From: Rhizaria sp. SCN 62-66
Taxonomy: Eukaryota
Reading direction: 5' to 3'
DNA: 46,181 nucleotides
NCBI GenBank assembly: GCA_001724265.1
Contig: MEDY01000056.1
Location: forward strand, 62,001 to 108,181
Positions 1-10,323 of this stretch are shown here, in pieces. The notes beneath the pieces were generated by a model that saw only the letters and a program-made list of their open reading frames with translations, was not told where the DNA came from and did no database searches. The position numbers and the translations under genes were made by a program. How positions within the stretch are numbered: the stretch's first letter is position 1; the number at the start of each line of letters is the position of its first letter.

Positions 1-3000
1 TCGCGCCCGCAACTGCCTCCGCTGAAGCGCACCCCGTCTGGTGGCCGCAGTCACCGCAGCAACAGTAACCGCGTCGCCGGCGCTGACGCAGGCGCTGCGA
101 CTGCAACAGCGCTTGCTGCAATGGCCGCTGCTGTCGCCGCGACCGCCGCTGCCTCCGCGGGCGGGGCTCCCGCTCCCGTGCGCGCTTCGGCCGACATTGC
201 AGCGTACGACCCCGCCGCGCCGCCGCTGCTGCTGCCGCCGCTCTGCGCACCCGCGCCCGGCGCGGCGCACGCGCCGTCGCTGACCGTGCTGTTGCACGCG
301 TCGCTGCGGCTGCGCGTGCCCGCCGCCGCGCCTGTGCCCGCGCGCGCGCTCGCCGTCGCCGCACGCCGCCGCGACCTTGTCACCAGGTCCATCACGGCCG
401 CGGCTGACTGGCTGAGCCGCACCGCGCTGCTCGCGCAGGCGGTTCCTCCCACTGGCCACGGTCAGCAGCCGCCGCCGCAGTGGGAGTGGCAGTCGCGCGC
501 CGCCCCGTCCGCCTCCCGCGCGCAGGCCCGCCGCGAGGCGCGGCTGCGCGCGGTGCAGCGGTGCCGCGCGCTGTGGGCGCGCGCGGTGCAGGCCGCCCCC
601 GCGGCGGCCGCGGCGGCGCGGGCGCTGCTGCTCACGGTCACGGGCGATGGGCAGAGTCGCACGTTGCCGCTGCTCACGGTCTCTCTGCCCCCCGTTGAGG
701 CTGTGCCCGAAGCTGCTTTCGAGTCGAACGCAGATGACTCTGCTAATGCAGCAACCCCGAACGAGGCGAACGTGGTTGGTGTTCCTGCTCCTGAGAAGGT
801 TGCAGAAAACAATGACTTTGAGTCCAGCATCCCTCCTGTTCCTGCTGATGCACCCAAGAGCACCGGTTTCTCCGTTGCGGCCGGTTACGACGAGGACGAG
901 GGCTACGGCTTCGATGCATTCGATGCGGCCCCCACTCCAAGTGCAACAGTCAATGCCGACTCCGCTGCTTTGGCAGCCGGGCACGACACTATTGCGCCCC
1001 TTGCGAGCAACACAGGCGACAACGGCACCGATGCGTCGCTCTTTGCTGCGCCCGTGTCGCCGATCGCGAGCGCTCGCGGCGACGGCCGCGGTGAGGCTGT
1101 CAACATGAGTGTCAGCGGCAAAACCGTCGCTCAGCCGCCGAGTGTGCTGCTTGCGGACCTTGCCCCGCTGCTTTCTTGCATGCAGGTCTGTCTCAGGGTC
1201 ACGTTCGGCACCGCCAACGCTGACACTGCGATGACCAACGGCAACGACTCACAGTTTCCGATCACTGCACCGACGAGTTCGAGTACTGCGCTTGTCGCTG
1301 TCGACAGCATTAACTCCGCGCTCGTTCCTTTCAACCACAGCACGACTGCGAATACTGCCAACGGGGTTCATGCCGACGCTGGCGAGGGCCCTGCCACAGT
1401 CGTGTCAACGTCGTGGATGCCCCTCTTCCCTGCAGTCGCGATCGCTTCCGTCGTCACTAACCACGTGACAGCTGAGACCGCGAGGGGTTCTTCGGCTGCC
1501 ACTGCGGAGTCGTCGCTGTCGTGGCCTGACCCCGTGGCTGCCCCGTACCGCCCCCGTGCGCCTGCTCCCGTCACGCTCACTGCGCGCGCGCGCGTGCCGC
1601 GGCCGACAGGTTACCTCACAGCCGGCGAGACCACTGCGGCTGCGGCGTGGGCAGCCGCTGTCGGCCGCTGGCGCTCTGTCGTCGAAGCCGCTGCGGCTGC
1701 CGCGGAGGCCGAGATCCTCGCGTTTCGCGTCAACCTCGACGACGAGGACGAGGACGAGGATCAAGACAGTGAGCACGAGTCCGACGCCGCAAGCGGCAGT
1801 GACAGCGAGGACGAGCGCGACAAGGCTGCTCGCGCCGCCCGCGCGCAGAACGACCTTCGCGCCGCGCTGCCCGCCCTCCCCGTGGCACCGCAGCCGCAGC
1901 CGTGGTTCGAGTGGGTCCTCGGCGCGCACACGGGCTCGCTGCGGTCCATCATCGCCGCCGCGACCACCCACGCCGAGGAGAGCGCTGCGGTCAGCACCGT
2001 GGCCGGCGCGGCCGGGGCGAAGCTCGGCGCGCCGCGCGAGGCTGGGCACGCGTGGGGCGGTGCATTTGCTGCCTCCGCCGCTGCTGCTGCTGCTGCTGTC
2101 GCCAAGCTCGCTGGTGACGTTAACAGCACGGCGTTTACTCACGGCACCGTGACTGCTGACGCTGCATCAACGCCTACTGAGCCCGTCAGTGTGTGGGGCC
2201 AGCCGCTGCCGCCTCTGTCTCTCATTACGGCCGCATGCGGTCCCGCTCCGTCCGCAACCTCATCAACCTCCCACAGTGCAGCCAGTGTCAAGGACGGATT
2301 AAGCGACGGTGATGCAGATGCAAACACCGACATTCACTACGATATCGATGAAGCCAACACAGCGTGGGTCATCGCACCCCTGGAGTCGAGGCACAGTGAA
2401 CCGCACCCCGCTGTCGCGCCCGCGGTCGGCGCGTGGCTTTCGCACGGCCGCTACGACGGCCAGGGCCTGCTGCTGCCCGCGCCCGCTCCAGTCCGCGTGC
2501 TCCGGCCCGTGACGCCCGCGCGCCCCGGCTCGGCGGCGCGGATACGCGACCACGAAGCGAGTGCGATCGATGGCAGTTTTGCTGCCAATGCGACGCGTGA
2601 ACACAGTGTGTACGATGCGACTCTGAATGACGGTGATGCTCACGAGGATGTTCTTGAAGTCGACACCGTCAACGTTACTGCCGTTCACAACGAGACTGGC
2701 CTTGGCGCTGAAGCTGAGCCCATGGACACGTTTGACACCATCACTGCGACTGCTGCTGCTGAGGCTGCGGCCTGTACCGGTCTTCTTCCGGTCACAATGC
2801 GGCTTGAGCTCGGCGTGTCGCCAGCCGCGCTCGCCGCCGCAGTCCCCGCAGGCACTGCCGCACTCGCCGTGGTCGTGTACCGGGTGACTCGGGGCATGCA
2901 TGCTCCCGACTGCGTCATCGTCACGCACGCAGCCACCCCTGTGTCCGTTGCCGCCGCTGCCGCTGCTGCGAACAATGGCGCCAACAACACTAACAGTGCT

Positions 3001-6000
3001 GCCTCTGCGGCCCTCCTTGCGATCGAGTCCGCTCCTGAATGCAACTGCGAGCTGGGCCGGTGGATGCGTGACTGCACCGTCGCTGCCGCGCGCAACGCCC
3101 CTGTTCCCGCCCTCGCGCGAGACGGTGGCCCCCGTCAGACTGCGGCCGCGGCGGAGTCATTGTCACTGCTTGCGTGCCCGCTCGCGCGCTCTTCCCTCGC
3201 ACTGCTTGCGCCCTCCTATCCGTCATCACTCCCTGGCACGAACTCAAGTGTTGGTATCGGCTTCATTGGCGAAGTCGAGAACGCGAGTGCTGCTCTTTCA
3301 GTCACGCTTGAGTTTCCCGAGACCCTCAACCTCCCTGTCACCCCCGCGACTGCCGCTGCCGCCGCAAAATGTGCCCGTCGTGGCTCGCCGTTGAGCGCTG
3401 CCAGTGAGGACGCCGAGACGGTGTTTGTTGCGCGCGTGTACGCAGTGCCTGTGGGTGCAGTTGCCGAGGTCGGGCAAATACGCTTCAATACCTCCGGCGT
3501 GAGCTCGCAAACGGTTGCTGGCAGCGACGGCGATTGGAGCGAGAGCGGTGTCGTGGTCGTGCCGCGCGCGCTCGCGAGCACGCCGATCGTGTTCTTCCCC
3601 ACGGCCGCCGGCACCGCCGCCTCTCTCTCTGCCGACTCCGCCAACGCTGGAGCTGCAATGTCCGTGCTTGACCGCGAGACTGCGGTGTGCACTGCGCTGG
3701 GTCTGACGCAGTCCGCTGTCCCTGTGGCCACGGCTGTGATGTGCATGCGCGACATCGCCAACACCGAGGCCACGCCTCTCGCCATTTCCGCAGCTGGCAA
3801 CGCGGCTGACGGTGCGAATGTTGATGCCGTAAATGAGAGTGTCGACGGTGCTAAAGCGGACGCGCCTGTGCGCACCGCTGCCAAGCCCGGTGTGGGGGCA
3901 ACGCTCATCTTCGCGCCCGCAGTGGCCGCGAAGCTCGCCGCGTGGGGCTCTATTCCCAAGCGTGGCACCTCTGGGATGCCTATGTCTGCACCTGCGCAGG
4001 TGCCGCACATCGACAACGCACTTGGCGACACTGGCAGCGCCCACGGCGAGGAAGAAGAGGGTGAAAGTGAGCACGGAACTCGCGGCCTCAGGCTGTTCCG
4101 CAAGCAGATGGCGCTGGCGCCGGAAGACCCGAGCCACCCGCACACGGGCGCAGCAGGGCTCAACGGCAGCGGCTCCGGTGGTGGCGTTCTCGGCAACCTG
4201 AGGGCGATCATGGGCGCGCCGCCGACTAGCTCGGCTGAAATCGCGATGGAGAGCGACAACACATACGCAGCACCAGCGGTGCAGCATCGCGAGTTCGAGC
4301 CCGTGTACACGCGTCCCCAGCCGGAGTCACAGCTCCCTGTTGCTACTTCGTATGGTGCTCACGCTCCTTTACACTTGACCTACTCGACTGATGACACAGC
4401 CGCAGCGTCCCCTGCTGCAACGCTCTCCCTGGCGCTGCAGTCGCTGGCGCCCCCGCTGTCGCCCGTGTGGCGGCCTTCGGTGCTGCGCGTGGCGCCGTGT
4501 GTGGCCGTCGAGGTCTACCGCGCCGCGCGAGTCATTCAGGCCGCGCTGCGTGGCGCCCTCGCACGCAGGTGCATGGTGCGTGAACTTGAGGCCAAGGTCG
4601 CGTTCGTCGCGATCACTGCAGGCGCTGCGCTCGCTGTGCCGCCGTCCGCGCTACCGCCGGCTCCCGCTGCTGAGAGCGGGGGCGAGACGACTGATGCGAA
4701 TACGGGTGTCAATAACAGGCAAGCGCAAGGAGAGCTGGTGACGTATGTCAAGGCGTTGGCGACCGGCGCTGGTGCTGGCGTTGACGAGTCGTTGTACCAA
4801 CAATACGTGCTCAAGCATCAGATTAAGCAGAAGCAACTGAAGTCTCCGACGGAGTCTCTCGGCGAAAAGAAGGACGGTGACAGTACGAATGGCAAAGATG
4901 TTGTTGACGGTGAGCAGAGCGAAACATCAACTGCAGCTCTCAGTGACGCTGAGGACGATGATGCTGCGATCCACGGTATGCGCGTGATTATCGTTGCGTC
5001 CGCCCCCAAGGCGCTGCCGCCGGCGCGCAAACTGCAGTCGGTTTGGCGCAAGCACGCGCGCGACATCAACAAGGGTCTCAAGATTCCCGCCAACGACAAT
5101 GTGGACAACGCTGAAGCGGATGCGGGTAACGACACGGCTGTCGAGGCATACAAGAGTGTTGAGGCCACATCTTACGCTAAACACCTGGCCGCGTTCGAGG
5201 CTGCATTTGGCTCTTCCGAGGCTGTCGTTGCTGGACGCGTGACGTCGCGCCCCGTGCGGTTGCTGTCTGCTCACGGTGTCGTCATCACGGTTCCCCCGCC
5301 GCCCCCAGTGTGCTCTGAGCCGCGCGCGCGCAGTGGGTTCTTGCCTCTGATTCCAGCGCTTGACAACGCCGCTGTCGCTGGCGACGATGTCGCTGACGAT
5401 GAGGGCGGCTACGAAGATGAAGTCGCTGAGAATAACCTCGTGGGCTCTGACAACAACACAGCGCAGACGAAGCGCTCCCCGAAGGGCGCTGACGGCGTTC
5501 AGTCTCACACGTCGCCGATCTTGTTTCGGCGCGCGCTCACGACGACAACCACTCACCCTGTCTCTGCGTCCACCGCTGGCGCCGCCGCGGCCGCGCACGC
5601 GTTTGGCGGTGTGATCAGCGGCGACGACTCCGACTGGGAAGCCGGGTCCAACGCGTCTAGTCGCGCCTCTTCGCGCCCCGCCTCGGCCCGTGTCCGCAAC
5701 GACGCGAACGGCGGCGAGCAGCACACCCGTGGTCGCAGGCGCAACCGCGACAGCGCGGCTGGCTCACGTTCCAGCTCCCGTCCCGCATCAGCCTCGGGGA
5801 CGCGGTTTGACTCAGCCGCGGCCGCTGCTTCTGCTGGAACGTCCGCCAATGTTGCGCAGCCGCTCGCCCGCTCGCTCTCGCGCTCCCGCCGTAGCTCTGC
5901 TGCTGCGCCAGCCAGTGGCGCTGCCGCAGCCGCTGCTGGGGGTGATGTCCCGCGCGTCGCCCCGCTGCGCGGTCTCACTTACCGCCCTGCATTTGCCGCG

Positions 6001-9000
6001 GATGATGCGTATTCATTGAACCTGTATGCGCTGGCACCGTGGCTGATGGGCCCGCCGCTGTTGCTCGGATCAGCGTTGTTGCGTCCTCGCGAGCTGCTGC
6101 TGCGTGGCGCACACTGTGAGCTGCCCATCGAGCTTGTGCCTGCTTCATCAAACTCCGGCTTTAGTGACGATGGTGTTGCTGCGCAAAGCGTCCTGAGTGG
6201 CATGCGTGTCGTGCTCACGGTCGCTGAGTCGAAGCCGTTCCCGAGGCCTGACAACTCGGACCTCGCTGCGCTGCCTGTCATCCCGGCTACGTCTTCTGCC
6301 GAGTCATGGCCCACGAAGGAACCAGTTGCTGCGACTGCTGTCTCGACTCACGATGAAGCTGTGGGTGTATCATATAAGCCGGAACCTGTTTCAGTGGAAG
6401 TACATGACGCCAAGAACAGCGACAATGCAGAGAATGGTGAGACTATCACTCAAAGCAAAGCTGCCGAAGCTGTCACAGCTGAAGCTGAAGCTGCAGCTGA
6501 GGCCGAAGCTGCAGCTGCTGCTGAAGCTGCTGCGCTTGAAAAAGCTAAGCGTGAAGCCGCTGAAGCCAAGGCCGCCGCCAACGCAAAGGCTGAAGCCGAT
6601 GCAAAGGCTGAAGTCGATTCGAAGACTGCTGCAGCAGCTAAGGCAGCTAAGGCCATTGCTGCAGCTGCCGCACTTGTTTTGGCCCCCGCAGTTCCACCAG
6701 CGCCGCTGCCGAAGCAACCCGCATTCGCGTTCACACTTGCAGTCCCTGCCAATGACGTCATGGGTGTGGTTGGTAGTGACAAATGGCAGGTGACGATGTG
6801 GGCCCTTCCTCCGAACACCGACCGCGACAACTCCGGCGTTGCAAGCAAGAGGGCTGGTGGCGCTAGTCGAACTGGCGCAATTTGCGTCGGATGCACTGAG
6901 CTCATCTCGCTGCACGCGGCTACTTCTAACAGCTCAGATGCAGTTGTGAACAAGGGTGTGTTCAGGCTGCCGATTACGCTCTCACGCTCTGCAGCGCGTG
7001 CTCGTCCGACGCGATTCGCCGTTGTTCTCACTCGCGCGCACCATACCGCACCGAACACTGCATGCGATGCGAACAGTGCGCCCACTATGACACGCGTCGG
7101 TTCGGCCGTGTTCGAAGTGAAGCCGTTGCTTCGTGGAGCACCCGCACTTGCACTGACCGTCACTGACCCTGCGACAGTTCTTACTACAGGCCATGGCGCT
7201 GTCGCGACTGTGACAGTCCGTGTCGCTCCGGTGCCGTCTCCGTTTGCGGTATGTGCGCACGTGCTTACAGCGCTTCGCATGGCCCGTACGGCCGCCGCAA
7301 CGGATGCTGCTACTACAGCCTCTGCTCCTGCATCTAAGCCTGCTAACGAGGTAGAGGAGGAGGAGGAATCGGGTGTCAATGGCAAGCTTGCTAATGCCAA
7401 CTCAACGTCTTCTTTGATTGAGTCTGAGCCTCTCGTCAACGCGACGGCTTCGACTGTGATTGTTCCTGCTGGATCTGATCTCTGGCGCACATTGGCTGCA
7501 GCTGCTGCGCCCGCTGCTGCTGCACGTGCTGCTGCTCAGAGCCGACTTATATTCCTCTCAGCAACGGCTAATATGCAAACGAGCGCTCGTGCTGACGGCG
7601 CGGACGATGCCAGCAGTGGCGTCCAAACGCCGATGTGGACGATGGCCGCATTTGGCTCCAGTGTCTGTAGCTGTGATGATAATGACACTAATGTGGAGAT
7701 CTACCGTGAACCTCGTTTGCTCGGTGTTACTGAGGTCACCGGCCCCGCCTCTGTCGACCCTGCTGCCACGCAGCATGACGCTGACTCGTTTACGGGACTT
7801 GCACTTCCCATCCAACGCGAGAACGCGCAGTCTGGCCAAATCGCGATTGCGGTGTATGACGTCGCGGCTGCGCTGAGCAGCGTTGACGCTGCCGCAGCTG
7901 CTGGCCCTGCACCTGTCACGACGGCGCCCGTTGCTTCCGGCCCCGCGCACCGCCGTGCGCTGATGTCGTCGCAGCGCTCGTCGACGCCTTCGCTGCCTCC
8001 GCGCCCCGACGGAGACGAGGAGGAGGAGGAGGAGGAGGAGGAGGAAGAGAACGACGACACTGCCTCGCGCCGCCGCCGCCGCCCGGCCCCGCCGACCACT
8101 GCCGCGCCCGCTGCGCCGCAGTGGCAGCGCCCCGCGGCGGCGTTGCTAGCGGCGGTCACTGTGCCACGTCATGCGGCGACAGCCCTTCCTCTGTGGTTCC
8201 CGCTCGCGGTGCCGCGCAAAGCCGGCGTCCCCCTGCCCTTTGAGTTGACTGGGGATGAGACTGATGCAGGATGTGTGTGGGCGGCTCTCGTGGCACACGC
8301 ACCGCTACCAGCGCAAACTCTCGTTTCGCAGTCAGCTTTCCACTCGGACGATGTTTTTGTTGTTAACTCTGACGATTTGTCTGAGGAGAACGATCAATTT
8401 GTTCCCACTCCGTTCCCGCACGCAGCGCTGCTTGCCAGCCGTTCTTTTGACAGTGACAGTGGCGCGGTCAATGTGGAAACCATCGCCCCGGTGTCGCTCA
8501 CCCTCACGCTCGCTGCATCTGCTCCTGCGGGTGCTGGTGCTCCCGCCACGCTGACAGTCACTCCTGCAAGCTCCGAGCTTGCACGGGTCACCGCGCTCGC
8601 CGCCTCTCTTATGGCTGCAGTCGCTAACGCCAAGTCTGCCCCGACATCTGATACGAGCGCTGACTCAAGCTCAAGCGTGGGCTCTGCTTTTGACGCCGCG
8701 TTTTGGCGCGCTCTTCGCGCACCTGTTTCCCGTGCGCAAGTCTCTGCGGCCGTTACGGCGGCCGCCGCCGACGCTGCTGCATGTGCGCGCGAGGCCGCAG
8801 ACATTGCTGCGACGGTGCAGAGGTTGCGGAAGGAGGCAGCTGAGGCGCGCGAGCAGCTGCAGCGCGCCGAGCAAGAGGCGAACGAGGAGCGGATGCGCGA
8901 GGAAGCGGAGGAAAACGACCGCATCGAGAAAGAGCGTATTGAGCAAGATCGCAATGAGCAGGAGCGTATTCAGCAGGAACTGATTGCGCAGGAGCAGAAA

Positions 9001-9975
9001 GAAGATAGCGAGAGGCTTGCGCTGGAAGAGAAAAAGCTTGAACAGACTCGTCTTACTGCGGAAGCGGAGGCTGAACGCGAGGATGCAAACACACCCGCGA
9101 TGGCAGACGCTATCGAGGCAGAGGCCAAGTCTGATCATGTCGCAGCGGACAATGCAGGCTCTAACTATACTAATGCTGGGGCGGAGGCCCGTCCTGTCGA
9201 GTCGGAAGTTGTTCCAGCTCCTGACGCTAGTGCTCCCACTGGTGGCAACGCTGGGCAGCTTTCTGCTGACGCACTTGTGCCAGATGTCTCAGCTCACAAT
9301 GATGCTGCCGCAGCCGCCGCTCCTGATGATACGGCACCAGCTGGTGATGCAGCCACTGTTCAGGAAGCTCCTGCTGCATCGGAAGCCGTGGTCGGCACAC
9401 ATGCTGCTGAGGCCACGGTTGTTGCTGAGGGTGATACCGCACCTGTCACGGCTGCTTCTGCCGAGCCCGTCACGACGCACGCGTATGCCCCCGACACCAA
9501 CACAGACAATACCGACGCCGCAAAAGCGCCTCTCGATGTGCGCAGCGATGATAACGCAGCCTTTGTTGCGGTGGAAGATGGCGCACCCGCACTCGCGACG
9601 CCCACAATGACTCCTAGAGCGGGCGCTTCTGACGCGATTGCACCTGACTCGGCTGTTCCTGCTGCTGACGCGACAGAGGCACCCGCTGCTGCAGTTGTTG
9701 CTGACGCCGAAGAGGCAGAAGAGGACGACGCATTTGTCGTGCACACCGCTGTTCCTGTCTTCCCTGAAAGCGATACTAACACTGACAGCAGCAGCACGGG
9801 CGGCAACACTGCAACCGAGAGCGCAGCAGCGCCAGACGCAAGTGCTGATCTGCAGGGCTCTAAGCCCGCTTCTACGAACGCTGATGCAAGCGCTAGTTTA
9901 CCCGCCGACGGAGCAATGTCTGCCCCGGGTCCCATTGCGACGATCGCGGAGGAAGAGTACGAAGATGATTTCTAA
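1..9975 (+). CDS. Giant low-complexity protein (5'-partial, at least 3324 aa) with IQ calmodulin-binding motifs, possible degenerate C2-like segments and a C-terminal charged coiled coil
   Basis: Frame 1 is open from base 1 to TAA at 9973-9975, so the ATG at 121 may not be the start. IQ motif AARVIQAALRGALARR near 4522-4570 and IQ-like RKLQSVWRKHAR near 5026-5062. E/Q/R-rich coiled coil near 8810-9080. Acidic C-terminus EEEYEDDF, followed by AT-rich sequence. Confidence 0.8.
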   Translation, partial: SRPQLPPLKRTPSGGRSHRSNSNRVAGADAGAATATALAAMAAAVAATAAASAGGAPAPVRASADIAAYDPAAPPLLLPPLCAPAPGAAHAPSLTVLLHASLRLRVPAAAPVPARALAVAARRRDLVTRSITAAADWLSRTALLAQAVPPTGHGQQPPPQWEWQSRAAPSASRAQARREARLRAVQRCRALWARAVQAAPAAAAAARALLLTVTGDGQSRTLPLLTVSLPPVEAVPEAAFESNADDSANAATPNEANVVGVPAPEKVAENNDFESSIPPVPADAPKSTGFSVAAGYDEDEGYGFDAFDAAPTPSATVNADSAALAAGHDTIAPLASNTGDNGTDASLFAAPVSPIASARGDGRGEAVNMSVSGKTVAQPPSVLLADLAPLLSCMQVCLRVTFGTANADTAMTNGNDSQFPITAPTSSSTALVAVDSINSALVPFNHSTTANTANGVHADAGEGPATVVSTSWMPLFPAVAIASVVTNHVTAETARGSSAATAESSLSWPDPVAAPYRPRAPAPVTLTARARVPRPTGYLTAGETTAAAAWAAAVGRWRSVVEAAAAAAEAEILAFRVNLDDEDEDEDQDSEHESDAASGSDSEDERDKAARAARAQNDLRAALPALPVAPQPQPWFEWVLGAHTGSLRSIIAAATTHAEESAAVSTVAGAAGAKLGAPREAGHAWGGAFAASAAAAAAAVAKLAGDVNSTAFTHGTVTADAASTPTEPVSVWGQPLPPLSLITAACGPAPSATSSTSHSAASVKDGLSDGDADANTDIHYDIDEANTAWVIAPLESRHSEPHPAVAPAVGAWLSHGRYDGQGLLLPAPAPVRVLRPVTPARPGSAARIRDHEASAIDGSFAANATREHSVYDATLNDGDAHEDVLEVDTVNVTAVHNETGLGAEAEPMDTFDTITATAAAEAAACTGLLPVTMRLELGVSPAALAAAVPAGTAALAVVVYRVTRGMHAPDCVIVTHAATPVSVAAAAAAANNGANNTNSAASAALLAIESAPECNCELGRWMRDCTVAAARNAPVPALARDGGPRQTAAAAESLSLLACPLARSSLALLAPSYPSSLPGTNSSVGIGFIGEVENASAALSVTLEFPETLNLPVTPATAAAAAKCARRGSPLSAASEDAETVFVARVYAVPVGAVAEVGQIRFNTSGVSSQTVAGSDGDWSESGVVVVPRALASTPIVFFPTAAGTAASLSADSANAGAAMSVLDRETAVCTALGLTQSAVPVATAVMCMRDIANTEATPLAISAAGNAADGANVDAVNESVDGAKADAPVRTAAKPGVGATLIFAPAVAAKLAAWGSIPKRGTSGMPMSAPAQVPHIDNALGDTGSAHGEEEEGESEHGTRGLRLFRKQMALAPEDPSHPHTGAAGLNGSGSGGGVLGNLRAIMGAPPTSSAEIAMESDNTYAAPAVQHREFEPVYTRPQPESQLPVATSYGAHAPLHLTYSTDDTAAASPAATLSLALQSLAPPLSPVWRPSVLRVAPCVAVEVYRAARVIQAALRGALARRCMVRELEAKVAFVAITAGAALAVPPSALPPAPAAESGGETTDANTGVNNRQAQGELVTYVKALATGAGAGVDESLYQQYVLKHQIKQKQLKSPTESLGEKKDGDSTNGKDVVDGEQSETSTAALSDAEDDDAAIHGMRVIIVASAPKALPPARKLQSVWRKHARDINKGLKIPANDNVDNAEADAGNDTAVEAYKSVEATSYAKHLAAFEAAFGSSEAVVAGRVTSRPVRLLSAHGVVITVPPPPPVCSEPRARSGFLPLIPALDNAAVAGDDVADDEGGYEDEVAENNLVGSDNNTAQTKRSPKGADGVQSHTSPILFRRALTTTTTHPVSASTAGAAAAAHAFGGVISGDDSDWEAGSNASSRASSRPASARVRNDANGGEQHTRGRRRNRDSAAGSRSSSRPASASGTRFDSAAAAASAGTSANVAQPLARSLSRSRRSSAAAPASGAAAAAAGGDVPRVAPLRGLTYRPAFAADDAYSLNLYALAPWLMGPPLLLGSALLRPRELLLRGAHCELPIELVPASSNSGFSDDGVAAQSVLSGMRVVLTVAESKPFPRPDNSDLAALPVIPATSSAESWPTKEPVAATAVSTHDEAVGVSYKPEPVSVEVHDAKNSDNAENGETITQSKAAEAVTAEAEAAAEAEAAAAAEAAALEKAKREAAEAKAAANAKAEADAKAEVDSKTAAAAKAAKAIAAAAALVLAPAVPPAPLPKQPAFAFTLAVPANDVMGVVGSDKWQVTMWALPPNTDRDNSGVASKRAGGASRTGAICVGCTELISLHAATSNSSDAVVNKGVFRLPITLSRSAARARPTRFAVVLTRAHHTAPNTACDANSAPTMTRVGSAVFEVKPLLRGAPALALTVTDPATVLTTGHGAVATVTVRVAPVPSPFAVCAHVLTALRMARTAAATDAATTASAPASKPANEVEEEEESGVNGKLANANSTSSLIESEPLVNATASTVIVPAGSDLWRTLAAAAAPAAAARAAAQSRLIFLSATANMQTSARADGADDASSGVQTPMWTMAAFGSSVCSCDDNDTNVEIYREPRLLGVTEVTGPASVDPAATQHDADSFTGLALPIQRENAQSGQIAIAVYDVAAALSSVDAAAAAGPAPVTTAPVASGPAHRRALMSSQRSSTPSLPPRPDGDEEEEEEEEEEENDDTASRRRRRPAPPTTAAPAAPQWQRPAAALLAAVTVPRHAATALPLWFPLAVPRKAGVPLPFELTGDETDAGCVWAALVAHAPLPAQTLVSQSAFHSDDVFVVNSDDLSEENDQFVPTPFPHAALLASRSFDSDSGAVNVETIAPVSLTLTLAASAPAGAGAPATLTVTPASSELARVTALAASLMAAVANAKSAPTSDTSADSSSSVGSAFDAAFWRALRAPVSRAQVSAAVTAAAADAAACAREAADIAATVQRLRKEAAEAREQLQRAEQEANEERMREEAEENDRIEKERIEQDRNEQERIQQELIAQEQKEDSERLALEEKKLEQTRLTAEAEAEREDANTPAMADAIEAEAKSDHVAADNAGSNYTNAGAEARPVESEVVPAPDASAPTGGNAGQLSADALVPDVSAHNDAAAAAAPDDTAPAGDAATVQEAPAASEAVVGTHAAEATVVAEGDTAPVTAASAEPVTTHAYAPDTNTDNTDAAKAPLDVRSDDNAAFVAVEDGAPALATPTMTPRAGASDAIAPDSAVPAADATEAPAAAVVADAEEAEEDDAFVVHTAVPVFPESDTNTDSSSTGGNTATESAAAPDASADLQGSKPASTNADASASLPADGAMSAPGPIATIAEEEYEDDF
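8017..8049 (+). repeat. (GAG)n trinucleotide run encoding poly-Glu
   Basis: gaggaggag...gaagag read in frame as DEEEEEEEEEEEN. Confidence 0.9.
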
Positions 9976-10323
9976 ACCAAAGGGTTCAACGCGAACGCAA
10001 TGCATTACAAACTACAAACGTATTATTTAGTCTTACGAAATGTACATGAGTATTATATGATTTGAACTTGATACAAATACACAATACATTCCCCAATTAA
10101 TTTCAATCTACGCCGCAATAAGCTGTGTGTGGTGTGTACATTACTCTCAGACCGAAATATGTCACGTATCTGGAGCAATAAACGGTGGTGTATTTTTCTC
10201 AATGAACGCCAAAATATGACCATCCTAACTTCCCCCAAGGCTCTAACATCATGAATTCGCTATATATTCTCTGGTCGCAATTGTTGTTGCTGCTACAGAA
10301 GATTTTTCATGCATCGCTCTCAC

